A stretch of 60,041 nt of DNA from a virus (IMGVR_UViG_3300036841_000070:1-60041); one strand, 5' to 3'. Positions 26,875-37,783 are shown, numbered from the stretch's first letter. The notes: generated by a model from the letters alone, not told the origin. Numbers and translations: made by a program.

Positions 26875-29339
26875 CTAACGCCATCGACCTAGTTAACAAT
26901 CCCGAGCTAGACATTACGCCTCTGACGACTGAGACGTCAACGGTACAGGCGTACTCTAATGATGAGATTGCTCACTTCCGCATCGGTCATGATGACATCA
27001 AAAATCTGATCCTCAACATCTACGGCTTTGGCGGAGTCAAGGGTAAGACGGTCAAGACTGACATCAGGCCTGCTGTGATCGATGCAGTTTTTGAAGATAG
27101 CATCGACAAGTCGAATACCTTCACGCTTACGGTTCACGATCCGGATTGGGAACTGCTCAACACCGGCGCACTACAGGAGCGCATCGACCTCAACCCTGGT
27201 AAGATCAAGAACCTTTGGTATCGACTCGACTCGGTTCAGGTAAACGATAATGAGTTAACACTCGTCTTTTCAACACGAAACGCTGTCTTCCTTTCGTATC
27301 ACCGCAAGCCCTTCAAGGCGAACCGCAAGCACGTTACCAGAGCAGAGTTCATCTTGACGATTCTGCGCAAGGTACACACCGTCAAGATTCCGTATCACAT
27401 TCCGCAGTTACATGTAGTGCAGCCTCTCTCAAAGAGAACTGAAACTCAGATAGAGGCTCTTCATCATAGGCACCCTGGTTTCACAGCCAGCGATAAGCTA
27501 ACTGTTAAGCATCACCCTGCTAATCAAATTCAGCGTGACTGCATCAGTGAAGTGATTAGGGCTGGGCTAGATGACCAGGCACCAGGACCAGTAATTGTAG
27601 CTGCGATCATGTGCGTGATTGGTGAATCAGCAGCCAATACGGATACCAAAGGTAGTTACACTGGTGCATTCCAGCAGGACTCTAGCTGGCCGGCAACAGG
27701 GAATGTCTACAAGGACGCTAGAGGCAATGGCAAGCTCAACACCAGAAAGGGTGGGTTCTACGGCATAGCGATTCCTCAGTACAGGAAGAACCCTAATGTC
27801 GATCTAGGCTACTTCATACAGACAGTGCAAGCTGCCTTCGGTCCATCTAATGTAGGTTACGCTGGTGGTATGGATAGATGGCGGGACGAAGCTGAGCACG
27901 CCTATCACGCCTACAACGGCACTGAGGAAGGGCCTGATCCCGGCTCCGGGCAAGTTGAGGTAATTGCCAGTTACGAGTTCATCGTCGGGCAGCCTCCTGG
28001 CCATGGCGAGGGTATCTACCGTGAGACTTATCTTGCTGCCATCTATCGGCTAGCCGATGTTGTAAACTGGTCATTCTTCTGGGTGAGGGATACTGCCTAC
28101 TATATGTCACAGGAGGACTTGTTCAAGTCGAAGGCGCGGGCGCGGCTGCGTCGTGGTGTGCATGGAGTCGAGTCCGTCAACTTTGAGTGGGATCGCGGCA
28201 AGAAGTTCACCGAGATGACACTTCAGGTTCGCATGGACCGATGGGTCTGCCCGATTGGCACAACCGTCATGTTTGACGAGGGTGGCCCGGCCGAGGGCAA
28301 GTGGCTTGTGACGAATATCCGGCGCTCGATGTTTGATGAGCTAGGCGAGATCACTCTGAGCAAGCCCATCAAGGAGAAGAATGAGCCAATCGAAAAGACC
28401 ACTAAGAACGTTGCTACAGGAGGCGGCGCGGGCGGTAGCACAGGCAACGTTCCTGATACGATGGACTGGGCGTATCCGCTTGAGGTCCGTGGCACCGTTA
28501 TTGGCAAGCCTAATGTGATCGGATCGACGCACGACCCGACACAGGGAGCAGGCCCTGGTGGATATCTTTGGCAGGATGACAATGCTGTTGATATCGCGGT
28601 GCCGGTCGGCACCAAAGAATACGCTGTTGATGATGGAACAATCTTTAATGTTGGCGGCTCTTACACAAACGGCTCTGGGCGATATGAAGGTCTAAAGTTC
28701 TCAATCAGAACTAAGAACAATGAGGTGTTCTATCAGCATAGTAGCTGGCGAGCACCGTGGGTTGTAAACGGAGCTAAGGTTTCAAAGGGCGACTTTGTAG
28801 CTAAAACAGGTAGGGGCAATGGCGTAGCGCATCTACACTTCGCCTGTAAGAACGGCAACCCGATGATCCTGCTAGGTTTTGAGGGTGGTGGCTCCGGTAG
28901 CGGTCACGGAGTTGTTGGCGTTTGGCCAGGTCGCTATCACATTACTAGCCCATATGGCGAGGACCGACCTGATCACACGCACGCGGGCTGTGATGTAGGA
29001 GTGCCATACAATACTAGATGCACGGCCCCGTTCGATGGCTTAATCACATTCGTCGAGGAGTCAGGATTCGGCACGGCTGGTGGGATGGTGCATCTGATGC
29101 TTGAGACTGCCCAAGCAGGTCTACACAAGGGTCAGAAGATCGGTTGGGGTCACTGCCATAACGCGCAGGTTCACGTAGGGCAGCATGTCAAGAAGGGCCA
29201 GATAGTGGCTTACTCAGACGGCAGCCCTGCTCATGTGCATTTCATTTTGCAGACAGCAAACGCTCCGGTCGTTCTGATCGACGGCAACGCCGACCCCACT
29301 GACTTCCTATACAGGATTGGGAGCATCTTCGCTAGATGA
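26871..29339 (+). CDS. Baseplate hub / tail-associated lysin with lysozyme-like insert and two M23-like peptidase domains
   Basis: Hub-like N-terminus; IGES..GAFQQ; AVDIA...HLHF; HAGCD...HVHF. Confidence 0.75.
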   Translation: MTNAIDLVNNPELDITPLTTETSTVQAYSNDEIAHFRIGHDDIKNLILNIYGFGGVKGKTVKTDIRPAVIDAVFEDSIDKSNTFTLTVHDPDWELLNTGALQERIDLNPGKIKNLWYRLDSVQVNDNELTLVFSTRNAVFLSYHRKPFKANRKHVTRAEFILTILRKVHTVKIPYHIPQLHVVQPLSKRTETQIEALHHRHPGFTASDKLTVKHHPANQIQRDCISEVIRAGLDDQAPGPVIVAAIMCVIGESAANTDTKGSYTGAFQQDSSWPATGNVYKDARGNGKLNTRKGGFYGIAIPQYRKNPNVDLGYFIQTVQAAFGPSNVGYAGGMDRWRDEAEHAYHAYNGTEEGPDPGSGQVEVIASYEFIVGQPPGHGEGIYRETYLAAIYRLADVVNWSFFWVRDTAYYMSQEDLFKSKARARLRRGVHGVESVNFEWDRGKKFTEMTLQVRMDRWVCPIGTTVMFDEGGPAEGKWLVTNIRRSMFDELGEITLSKPIKEKNEPIEKTTKNVATGGGAGGSTGNVPDTMDWAYPLEVRGTVIGKPNVIGSTHDPTQGAGPGGYLWQDDNAVDIAVPVGTKEYAVDDGTIFNVGGSYTNGSGRYEGLKFSIRTKNNEVFYQHSSWRAPWVVNGAKVSKGDFVAKTGRGNGVAHLHFACKNGNPMILLGFEGGGSGSGHGVVGVWPGRYHITSPYGEDRPDHTHAGCDVGVPYNTRCTAPFDGLITFVEESGFGTAGGMVHLMLETAQAGLHKGQKIGWGHCHNAQVHVGQHVKKGQIVAYSDGSPAHVHFILQTANAPVVLIDGNADPTDFLYRIGSIFAR

Positions 29340-29602
29340 GCCTAACACTTCTCAACGGGGTGATTGCCGATACACCTACTCGACTCGATGATAAGGTCAG
29401 GGTATCCGTGCCTGACCTAAAGACGGCAGCACGTTTCACATATGGCCCGCTTACCTTCCGGCCGGTAGTCTCTGGGACCGGTGGGGTCAGGCTCCCGCAG
29501 GCTGGTGACAGGGCCGTAATCGGCCTAGACGACTCGACCGACTACTCTTGGATCATAAGCTGGCATAGGGATGATACAACGGCCCCGCCTTACCCAACAT
29601 AA
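29336..29602 (+). CDS. Small baseplate spike-like (OB-fold) protein
   Basis: VRVSVP...LPQAGDRAVIG. Confidence 0.55.
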   Translation: MSLTLLNGVIADTPTRLDDKVRVSVPDLKTAARFTYGPLTFRPVVSGTGGVRLPQAGDRAVIGLDDSTDYSWIISWHRDDTTAPPYPT

Positions 29603-30433
29603 ATGACTATTCAACTTACACCTAACTATCAGCTGCCGTACCCGCAGCTTTCAGATACACCAAATCCGCCCCGTGATATCGAAGCTCTGGCCGAGAGGCT
29701 CGATGCTGTCATTAAGTCGATTGTAACTTCGTACATCCCAATCGGTTGCCTTCAGATGTGGGGGCCATCGGGAGCCGCGCCGCCTGGATGGCTACTCTGC
29801 GATGGCTCAGAGATTACACGCGATCTGCCATCGGGGCCGCACGCTGCGCTCTTCAATGCTATTGGAACTACATACGGACCTGGCAATGGTTCATCCACCT
29901 TCAATCTTCCTGATCTGCGCGGTCGGATGCCTATGGGTGCTGGCACTGGTTCTGGCAACCTTCTAAGCGGCAGTGGCAAGGTATCAGCATCGAACCCTTT
30001 GGCAGCGCGCAGCGTCGGACAGTGGGGAGGTGAGCAGGAGCACATTCTTCAGCAAGCCGAGCTAGCTTCACATACGCATGTGGGTAATGCTATGGCTGCA
30101 CATAACCATCCTATTGGTAGCGAGTCTGCTAACCATTACCACGGGTTGACTTCGGTTCCTGGTGGGTATAACCTAGTGGCATCGAACCTTGCGTGGAGCA
30201 TGGGGCAGTTTGTCGCTGGATCATCGAGCCTCCGTGTTCCTTATGTCGGCGCGTCTTCAACAAATGTGAATGCCGATGTAACGACCGGAAATGAAAGCGC
30301 TCCACATACTCATGCGCTCACTGGTGTAAGTGCCGGAACTCCGTCAGTGCAAAGTACTGGCAACAATAACGCTCATACCAACGTCGAGCCGTTCGTCGTT
30401 GTAAACTTCATCATCAAGTACACTAACGTCTAA
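29603..30433 (+). CDS. Tail-collar domain fibre protein
   Basis: PIGC...PPGWLLCDG...LFNAIGTTYG.G.GSSTFNLPDLRGR; NFIIK. Confidence 0.88.
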   Translation: MTIQLTPNYQLPYPQLSDTPNPPRDIEALAERLDAVIKSIVTSYIPIGCLQMWGPSGAAPPGWLLCDGSEITRDLPSGPHAALFNAIGTTYGPGNGSSTFNLPDLRGRMPMGAGTGSGNLLSGSGKVSASNPLAARSVGQWGGEQEHILQQAELASHTHVGNAMAAHNHPIGSESANHYHGLTSVPGGYNLVASNLAWSMGQFVAGSSSLRVPYVGASSTNVNADVTTGNESAPHTHALTGVSAGTPSVQSTGNNNAHTNVEPFVVVNFIIKYTNV

Positions 30434-30774
30434 TGACAGATACTCGTCAAGTCGATGTAATAAATCCGCACTTCAAAGTGCCCTTCAACTTCGGCGGTTT
30501 GAACGGCGGTGCCTTTGTTAATGATCAAGATTCATTTGAGGATTTGCATGATTGTATGTTGGCTATTGTAGCCTTCCCAGTTGGTTCGCGACAAGAGCTA
30601 CCAGAATTTGGTTCTCCTGATATGTCGTTTAACCGCGACCCTGGTGTTGTGCCAACGCAACTCAAAACGGCTATTTCCCAATGGGAGCCGCGACCTAACG
30701 CTACTGTTGATGGACAGCAAATCATAACTGACGATATGATCGTATCAGCAATGGCGCATACGAGGATGCCCTGA
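30433..30774 (+). CDS. Baseplate wedge subunit (gp25/W-like)
   Basis: GSR..LPEFG...WEPR. Confidence 0.8.
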   Translation: MTDTRQVDVINPHFKVPFNFGGLNGGAFVNDQDSFEDLHDCMLAIVAFPVGSRQELPEFGSPDMSFNRDPGVVPTQLKTAISQWEPRPNATVDGQQIITDDMIVSAMAHTRMP

Positions 30775-32252
30775 TGCCTGACTATATTATCGAGCCTCTT
30801 GATACTAGCGCTGAATCGCTTTTTGAAGCGTTCGTTGAGTTTATCCAGCAGGAGTTCCCTGACTGGAATCCGTCCGAGGGTCAACTCGACGTTATCATCG
30901 GTCGCTACTTCTCGATGCAGGCCGCGTTCACTGCTGATATGGCCAGCCGTGTGCAGCGTGCCATCTACCGCTACTTTGGGTCAAGCCTAGCTAACATTCC
31001 GCCGCTGCCAGGCGCACAGGCTCTTGGCACAATCGAATGCAACATCAGCCCGACGGACCCTGATATCACATTTACGTTGCCATATGGTACGCTCGTTGGC
31101 GTTACAGATAATAATGGCGACATGCAGATGTTCCAAACTTTGACTGATATCGTAGCTCCGCCAGGAGTGCTTTACGCACAGGTCGATATCCAGGCAATTG
31201 AGATCGGTGCGGCAGCCGATGGTCTATCGGGTTCTGTTCAGTTTATCGAGTTGGTCGACTGGATTAGCGATGCATCCGTCATAGGCTCGACGGCAGGGGG
31301 CTCCGACCCAGAAGATGATGATACTTATATCCAGCGGTTAACTGATAACCTTGCCTTGATGGCGCCACGCCCGATCTTGGCACAGGACTTCGCTATCATC
31401 GCACGTAATGTCCCAGGAGTATGGCGAGCGGCAGTCATTGACAACTTCCGTCCTGGCACGCTTGATAAGCAGCGTATCACTAGCAACTATACTGGCGGAA
31501 ACTTCACGCTCAGCTTTCAAGGGCAGACGACAGACATCATACCGGCGACGACAGACGGGCCGACGCTCGTGGACGCGCTTGATGTGCTACCTAACCTGAG
31601 CGCAACTGACTTGATCGTTACTGGTGGGCCGCTACCGGGTATCCCCATCGATGTTACGTTTACAGGGCGCTATGCCTACCAGGATGTAGCTCTGATCGTC
31701 GCTAACACAACGGGGCTAACCGGTGGTAGCAGTTTCACTATTACGGAGACTGCTATTGGCGTTGCGTATGGCACTGATATGGAGAACTCGATTGCCATTA
31801 GCGCAATTGATAAAGCAGGGCAGCCGCTCCCGCAGGCTACTCGTGATGAGTTGATCACTTATCTTCAGAGCACTCGGCCGCAGAACTTTCTCATTACATG
31901 GGTCGACCCAGCGTACCATACCGTCGATATTACTTACACAGCTTACATCTACCCGATGCAAGTCCCAGACTCAGTAGAGGCTATCGTTCACGATAACTTG
32001 TCGAACTATATTAGCCCAGCGCTATGGGGAACGCTACCATACTCTTCAGGAAACAGAGATTGGCAGCCTTCATCAATCATCCGGTATTTGGAGCTAACGA
32101 CTATTGTCGAAAACTCTGCTGGCGTTAACTATACACAGAGCTTGACATTCGGGGTAGACGGCTCGGCTCAGGATACCAATAACAAGAGCTTCCCCGGTAG
32201 CCCATTCGCTCTGACTAATCCAGGAGTTATCATAGGAACGGTATTGAGTTGA
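30774..32252 (+). CDS. Baseplate J-like protein
   Basis: PDWNP, GGSDPEDDD.Y..R, DF..IA..VPGV.RA. Confidence 0.88.
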   Translation: MPDYIIEPLDTSAESLFEAFVEFIQQEFPDWNPSEGQLDVIIGRYFSMQAAFTADMASRVQRAIYRYFGSSLANIPPLPGAQALGTIECNISPTDPDITFTLPYGTLVGVTDNNGDMQMFQTLTDIVAPPGVLYAQVDIQAIEIGAAADGLSGSVQFIELVDWISDASVIGSTAGGSDPEDDDTYIQRLTDNLALMAPRPILAQDFAIIARNVPGVWRAAVIDNFRPGTLDKQRITSNYTGGNFTLSFQGQTTDIIPATTDGPTLVDALDVLPNLSATDLIVTGGPLPGIPIDVTFTGRYAYQDVALIVANTTGLTGGSSFTITETAIGVAYGTDMENSIAISAIDKAGQPLPQATRDELITYLQSTRPQNFLITWVDPAYHTVDITYTAYIYPMQVPDSVEAIVHDNLSNYISPALWGTLPYSSGNRDWQPSSIIRYLELTTIVENSAGVNYTQSLTFGVDGSAQDTNNKSFPGSPFALTNPGVIIGTVLS

Positions 32253-32509
32253 CAACTTTTGTAAGGAAAGATTGGCAGGATGCGCCTCCTGGTTGGGCTA
32301 TTGGCGATCCGCTGCCGCCAGGAGCTACGCCGCTCGATGATGCTAGCCTCACTGATCTTGAGACACGAATCAACAATGCGATTGTTGACCTCGATGCTCG
32401 CATCACTGCGCTCTCGGCAACCACTGTCTTTATGACTGACCCTGGCGAGCCGCCGCCTAGCCCCACGGCAGCCGCCGAGGATGACCTTTGGATTGAGGTG
32501 CTTACGTGA
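32249..32509 (+). CDS. Short tail-fibre adaptor-like protein
   Basis: W.D, coiled segment, P...DLWI ending. Confidence 0.5.
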   Translation: MTTFVRKDWQDAPPGWAIGDPLPPGATPLDDASLTDLETRINNAIVDLDARITALSATTVFMTDPGEPPPSPTAAAEDDLWIEVLT

Positions 32510-35319
32510 GTGCGCGCCTAGTCACGACGTATGCGTCAACTGCCAACGCAGCGACACATAACATACCGCTCACTGGTAAGACCAATGGGCGCGATATGTT
32601 TGCTGTTGTTTTTGCTTCGGCTTTGTTGACACCATCTTCGCCTTGGATCACAGAGCATTCTGAGCTTCTAGGCTCTAGTGGTTTTACGCTCGCTCTGTTT
32701 AGGCTTACTCCTGCTAACAATGGATCAGGCTACACAGGGCCGTTTACTGTGACGCTCAATGGTCCTGTGTCGCTGGTTGCTACTGTTTGGGAGGACGATC
32801 TAGACACAGGGACCGCAATCTATTGCGATTGGGTTGATGTCTTTGCACCAACCGGTATCCCTGCTCTTATTGGTACTGATCTACATACGTTCTCAACTAG
32901 CAGTGTAGCGTTTGCGGTCTTCAATGCGCACTCAAATTCCGACACTACTTGGAGCGCGCTCGATGCCGTAAGCTATGATAGCGGTTACACAGAATTTGCC
33001 GACACAGGCATGTCGCTAACGAGCGAGCCCATGCATATGTGGATGGCAACTAAGGCTAGCACATCGTTCTCTGGTGGCGGTGTAACTGCTACTCTGAATA
33101 ATTCATCAAGTATATCGGGAATCCTGAACAACTCTGCTGTTGGGATGATCGCGTATAACCAAGTTGTCGCGACTCCCACGGCACCTGCCAATACGGTTGC
33201 TCCGGCCGTCACCGGCACAGCAGTTACCGGTCAGACGCTTTCCTGCACATCGGGCACTTGGACCGGCTACCCGACGCCGACCTTCACATACCAGTGGAAG
33301 CGCAACGGCACGGCTATCACAGGCGCCACCAATAACACCTATGTCCTGGTTACGGCCGACGAGGGCACTAGCGTCAAGTGCACGGTCACAGCGACAAACG
33401 CCAGCGGCGCGGTCCCAGCAGACTCTAACACGGTAAGCCCGACATCAGGCGCAGGTGGCACCCCGCCATCGAACACGGTAGCTCCGTCCCTGACGGGAAC
33501 GCCCGTCACAGGCAACCTGCTGACGTGCTCTGCTGGTACGTGGACCGGCACGCCAACGCCGACATACTCCTACTCGTGGAAACGAGATGGCACAGCACTA
33601 GGCGTCTTTACGAATACCTACACACTATCGAGCGGTGATGCCGGCCACAGCATACTTTGTAGCGTTACGGCGACAAACGCCGCTGGGGCATCGACTGTTA
33701 ACTCAAACTCAGTCACAGTATCGAGTCCGACGCCAGGAACCGTCAAGCAGGCGACTGTTCACAGACTGCGGGCTGGAGCTTGGGAGGTTCTCGATCTGGG
33801 TGGCGGTAGTAGTGGTGGCAGCAGCGGCGGGTTTGTTCACAGTGCGCAGCCTGAGGACTACGGAGCCAAGGGCGACGGCAAGTACATCAGCGATGCCACT
33901 ATGTCGTCTGGTTCGACGACTCTGACGTCGGCAGCCGGTGGCTTTGTCTCGACCGATGTCGGAAAGAAGATTCTGGTCCGCGGCGCTGGCACAACAGCCA
34001 ACGGCCAGGCTCTTGTCGCTAACATTAACACATATGTCTCGGCAACAAATGTAACGCTTAGCACAGCAGCCACCAACGCAGTGAGCGGCGTTGTCGCAAC
34101 TTACGGCACTGACGACACCGCAGCATTCAAAACTGCTATCAACACGATCGTCAATGACGCCATAAACGATCTGTCATACGCAGCCGAGTTGGAGCTAGGC
34201 GCCAAGGTCTACATCGTAGCTGGTGCGCCGGTTGTCGGCGGCACAACCGCTGGCAACGCACAAATTCCGCTACCGATGATACCCACGACAGGCAAGAAGT
34301 TCATCTTGTCGATCAAGGGTCCAGTTGACGGGTCGCACTTCTACCACTGGAAGCAGCAAGCCCCAGCAACCTCTGGTGCCGTCATACACTCGTTTATGGT
34401 CGGTGTGACGCAAGACGCGACCTGGCTAGCGCCAAGCTGTATTGGCGGGCCGACTGTACTTCCGTCCGATGATGGCACCGCTCCGTTCTCTAACATGTTG
34501 TTTAGCATCGATGGTGTCTCGATCATGGCGCCGCGCAACCCATGCTTCGTCGGCCTTGACTTGAAGCTAGTCGGGCAGGTTAACATCGGACGGTTCTCGT
34601 GTAACGTTAACGCCAGCCCAAATAAGTCTGGTGGCGAAGCTATCTCTGGCTCGGCAACTAACCAGCAGGGCATGGGCCTGCGGATGCCAGCTTTCCAGAA
34701 CAACGATAACACGAACATCTGGTCGTATGGCTGCGAGGGCTTCTACTATGGCATGGCCTTTGGCGACCATTTCACAGCTCAGCGGCTCGCTCTGATATAC
34801 TGCGATACCGCTATGTACTGCCAGCCCGGCGGTGCAGCTGAGCACGGTGCCTCGATTGCCTACATTAGCTGCGAAGCCTGCAACACAGGACTTGAGTGCA
34901 ACGGTAGCTCTGGCGGACGCTACCCGGTCTTCATCGGCCGATTCGATGTCGAAGTGCTCGGCGCAGGGGTGACCTTCAAGGACCCACAAAACTGCCTAAC
35001 AGGTGAGATCCACTACGCGCATAACGCACTCAACGCTCCGACACTCACCGGCGCACTGAACGTAAAGATCATCGATGACCATCGCTACGCAGGCTACGTG
35101 TCGTCTGGGGCGCCAGCGGTTCCGGCCTCAACTACCGCGCTGCGCAACCCATTCTTCCGTGAGGCAGCGGTGTTCATATCCGGCGGTACGGTGACGGCAG
35201 TTCAGATCGAGGGCCAGACCACGTTCACGGCAACAAACTGTATGGTGATCGTGCCTAACAATAAGACGATCACACTTACGTACTCGTCAGCCCCGACCTG
35301 GAAGTGGTTCCTGTTTTGA
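32506..35319 (+). CDS. Tail fibre / receptor-binding protein with two Ig-like repeats and a probable beta-helix domain
   Basis: Two P.NTVAP..TGT...L.C..GTWTG.PTPT..Y.WKR repeats; DYGAKGDG...DDTAAF tailspike motif. Confidence 0.8.
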   Translation: MSARLVTTYASTANAATHNIPLTGKTNGRDMFAVVFASALLTPSSPWITEHSELLGSSGFTLALFRLTPANNGSGYTGPFTVTLNGPVSLVATVWEDDLDTGTAIYCDWVDVFAPTGIPALIGTDLHTFSTSSVAFAVFNAHSNSDTTWSALDAVSYDSGYTEFADTGMSLTSEPMHMWMATKASTSFSGGGVTATLNNSSSISGILNNSAVGMIAYNQVVATPTAPANTVAPAVTGTAVTGQTLSCTSGTWTGYPTPTFTYQWKRNGTAITGATNNTYVLVTADEGTSVKCTVTATNASGAVPADSNTVSPTSGAGGTPPSNTVAPSLTGTPVTGNLLTCSAGTWTGTPTPTYSYSWKRDGTALGVFTNTYTLSSGDAGHSILCSVTATNAAGASTVNSNSVTVSSPTPGTVKQATVHRLRAGAWEVLDLGGGSSGGSSGGFVHSAQPEDYGAKGDGKYISDATMSSGSTTLTSAAGGFVSTDVGKKILVRGAGTTANGQALVANINTYVSATNVTLSTAATNAVSGVVATYGTDDTAAFKTAINTIVNDAINDLSYAAELELGAKVYIVAGAPVVGGTTAGNAQIPLPMIPTTGKKFILSIKGPVDGSHFYHWKQQAPATSGAVIHSFMVGVTQDATWLAPSCIGGPTVLPSDDGTAPFSNMLFSIDGVSIMAPRNPCFVGLDLKLVGQVNIGRFSCNVNASPNKSGGEAISGSATNQQGMGLRMPAFQNNDNTNIWSYGCEGFYYGMAFGDHFTAQRLALIYCDTAMYCQPGGAAEHGASIAYISCEACNTGLECNGSSGGRYPVFIGRFDVEVLGAGVTFKDPQNCLTGEIHYAHNALNAPTLTGALNVKIIDDHRYAGYVSSGAPAVPASTTALRNPFFREAAVFISGGTVTAVQIEGQTTFTATNCMVIVPNNKTITLTYSSAPTWKWFLF

Positions 35320-36041
35320 GCCTACTCCCCGGCACAGGACTACTGCCGTTCCCAGGACTACTTCCTGGGGTCGATGTTGGCGCCGAAGCCGTTGACGAGC
35401 TATACCCGCCGTCAATTGCCATCGACGCAGTCAACGACTTCGCACCGTTAACTGACGCCTATGGTGATGAGAACGGGCACCTTGATATTTATCTGTCAGC
35501 GCTGGCCTCGATGTTCCAGGCGACAGATGACATCTCAAAGGATGGTCCGAATGGCGAACCGGGTTGGTCACAAATCTTCGACCTCAACCGCGCTAAGATT
35601 GAGTGGCTACCTTGGGCCGGTCAGCTTGTCGGCTATCAGGTTCCGGTGCAGCCGCTAGGGCAGAGCGATGATGACTATAGTTCTGAGCAACGAGTTCGCA
35701 TTACCTCAAGGTCATCTTGGCGGCGCGGCACTGTTGCGCTATTCACAGAAGTAATCCAGGAGCAGCTTACTGGTCAAAAGCGCGTTCTCATACAGGAACG
35801 CTATGCTGGTGATCCATACGCCATCAAGGCCTGGGTCTACGCTGATGAAGTAGCAACCTCTGTTGCACAAATTACAGCGACGGCGATGCAACAAAAGGTT
35901 GCTGGTTTGATTTTCGAGTTTACGGTTCTGACGGCTGTTTCGAGCTACGACACCCTACGTGCAGCTCAAACATCTTACGCTGTTGCTTCGACAAAGTTCG
36001 TAGATTACAGCGAGATGCTTGTCAACCCGGCAAAGCCGTAG
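35316..36041 (+). CDS. Baseplate wedge protein (P2 gpI-like)
   Basis: WLPW.GQLVG, RRGT motif. Confidence 0.7.
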   Translation: MSLLPGTGLLPFPGLLPGVDVGAEAVDELYPPSIAIDAVNDFAPLTDAYGDENGHLDIYLSALASMFQATDDISKDGPNGEPGWSQIFDLNRAKIEWLPWAGQLVGYQVPVQPLGQSDDDYSSEQRVRITSRSSWRRGTVALFTEVIQEQLTGQKRVLIQERYAGDPYAIKAWVYADEVATSVAQITATAMQQKVAGLIFEFTVLTAVSSYDTLRAAQTSYAVASTKFVDYSEMLVNPAKP

Positions 36042-36047
36042 CGGCTC

Positions 36048-36107
36048 CTCCCAGTCTCCGGATTCGGCCCTGCTCCGGGCTAGGGCGGCAGCCTCGGAGG
36101 CTGGGAG
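36048..36107. terminator. Stem-loop between convergent genome arms
   Basis: CTCCCAGTCTCCG ... CGGAGGCTGGGAG with an inner hairpin. Confidence 0.6.
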
Positions 36108-36121
36108 ACAGGAAATGACAG

Positions 36122-36748
36122 CTACTCCTCTATGTAAGGATAGAGGCGGTCGAGCAAACCGGGGTCGTTCATGCCGACGCCGACCTGATCCACACTTGAT
36201 AGCCTTACTGAACGGATCGGTCGTGGCTCGTCGCAGGATGAGTTCGGCCATTCGTAGCCGTTCGCCCAGCGACGCAGCTGTACATGATCTACGCCAGACT
36301 TGCGTGCCAACTCCTCGACGTTGTGCTTCTTCAGTTGGCCGAGCAGCCACATACGGAACGGCACGATGTCTACGTTCTCATCGTCGTAATGTTCTTTGGC
36401 ACGGTCCTGCGCCATGCGAGCATAGTGAATTTCAATCTCCCACTTAGCTCGCCGCTTTCTGGCGTTCTCATTAGCGCGTCGGCCCTTGGCGCGCTTCTGC
36501 TCAGTCGTCAGACTGGCGTAGTATTCACGACGCTCCTTATTTCGACACCATCTGCACACTGTGTCGATAGTCGGTGTCGGGTATCTTGTGCGCAGCTTCT
36601 TTGTCTTCTTATGGTGAGCAGCGCCCCTCTTGACGCGTTTATAGTTCCAACGCCATTTGAAGTCAACTGCGTGCCGCCACCTTGTGCATCTTGCACAGTT
36701 GCGACGGCCGCAGGTGATAGGATTGACGTCACTCTTGCCGGTATTCAT
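36122..36748 (-). CDS. Zn-finger plus HTH-like DNA-binding protein
   Basis: CARC...CRWC; VEELARKSGVDHVQLRRW. Confidence 0.55.
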   Translation of the reverse strand: MNTGKSDVNPITCGRRNCARCTRWRHAVDFKWRWNYKRVKRGAAHHKKTKKLRTRYPTPTIDTVCRWCRNKERREYYASLTTEQKRAKGRRANENARKRRAKWEIEIHYARMAQDRAKEHYDDENVDIVPFRMWLLGQLKKHNVEELARKSGVDHVQLRRWANGYEWPNSSCDEPRPIRSVRLSSVDQVGVGMNDPGLLDRLYPYIEE

Positions 36749-36917
36749 GGATCCACTGGCTGTGGCAGATCGGGCAGTTGTTAGGGTCCGTTGCCAGAGG
36801 TTTCTCTACATCATCCCGCAACGGCTCCAGCTTCTTGTAGTCTGGTACGCTCGCCCAGGTCGCTCCTCGATGTATGAAGATCGGCCCATGCTCGGGACAG
36901 ATCCAAAGTACGTTCAT
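36729..36917 (-). CDS. Small Zn-ribbon protein
   Basis: CPEH...CPIC; ATGA overlap with thyX. Confidence 0.55.
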   Translation of the reverse strand: MNVLWICPEHGPIFIHRGATWASVPDYKKLEPLRDDVEKPLATDPNNCPICHSQWIHEYRQE

Positions 36918-37783
36918 CGCATCCAACCGGCTGTCGGATCGGCTAGCCACTCCTCCGTCTTGACCTCATTGGCACGGCCCGAGTCCATGCGCTCGCGGAT
37001 TGTGCATCCTCTGTCAAAGTCTGCCTGGAACGGGCACCGGCCCATAGCGAAGCAGACCGGCCTGAAGATAGGCGAGTTGGCGATTAGCTCAAACTGCCAG
37101 GCAAAGTCGTACTCCTCGTCCTGTCGGAATGGCGGATGGTAGTTGAAGATCGCCTGCTTGATCTGCGCTCCGACCATACGCCACTCGAACTGCGCTTGCG
37201 TACAGAGCCGGTTGCCCAGGTGCTCTGCCAGGTTGCGCAGGTTTGTTTTGTAGTTCAGACGGGTTAGCGTGTCGTGCGGCAGCAGCCCTCTGGCTTCCTC
37301 GGCCGGGACGCCGTTGGCGATTAGGAACTGGTAGGAGTGCCAGATGTTCTGGATAGTTGATTCCCAGACCTTTTGGTTAGCCGTGCCGGTGCTGATAAGC
37401 GGCCCCGGTCTGGCTGCTATCTCCTCCTTGACGGCGAAGCGCATTGACTCCTGAGCGTAGACCGCTGTGCGCTGCCGCACCATCTGATGCGTGAATGCTC
37501 GCGTGACGCCCTCGACCATGAAGTGAAAATCGATGAACTCCAAGGGCGCTTTGAGGTGTGTCTTCTGCACTTGCTCCCAGTACCGCCAACGGTCATCGAC
37601 AGTTAGGTCATCGAGGTCGCGGATAACCCGGCCCTCGTACATAGCGCAGGCTGCGCCCAGAGCGCCTAGCGGGTCAGGTGTTGCGCTCAGAAGCGTTACC
37701 TTTGGCATCTTATCCTGCATCGGCTCGGCGCTGTACATCGCCTTGTCGACCCAGGTGCTGACTTCCTTACTTGGTTCTGTCAT
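36914..37783 (-). CDS. thyX: ThyX-like flavin-dependent thymidylate synthase (variant motif)
   Basis: PLEF..F.F.VEGVTRAFTHQMVRQR...QESMR, EEARGLLP, NLR, RLC..AQ.E. Confidence 0.85.
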   Translation of the reverse strand: MTEPSKEVSTWVDKAMYSAEPMQDKMPKVTLLSATPDPLGALGAACAMYEGRVIRDLDDLTVDDRWRYWEQVQKTHLKAPLEFIDFHFMVEGVTRAFTHQMVRQRTAVYAQESMRFAVKEEIAARPGPLISTGTANQKVWESTIQNIWHSYQFLIANGVPAEEARGLLPHDTLTRLNYKTNLRNLAEHLGNRLCTQAQFEWRMVGAQIKQAIFNYHPPFRQDEEYDFAWQFELIANSPIFRPVCFAMGRCPFQADFDRGCTIRERMDSGRANEVKTEEWLADPTAGWMR

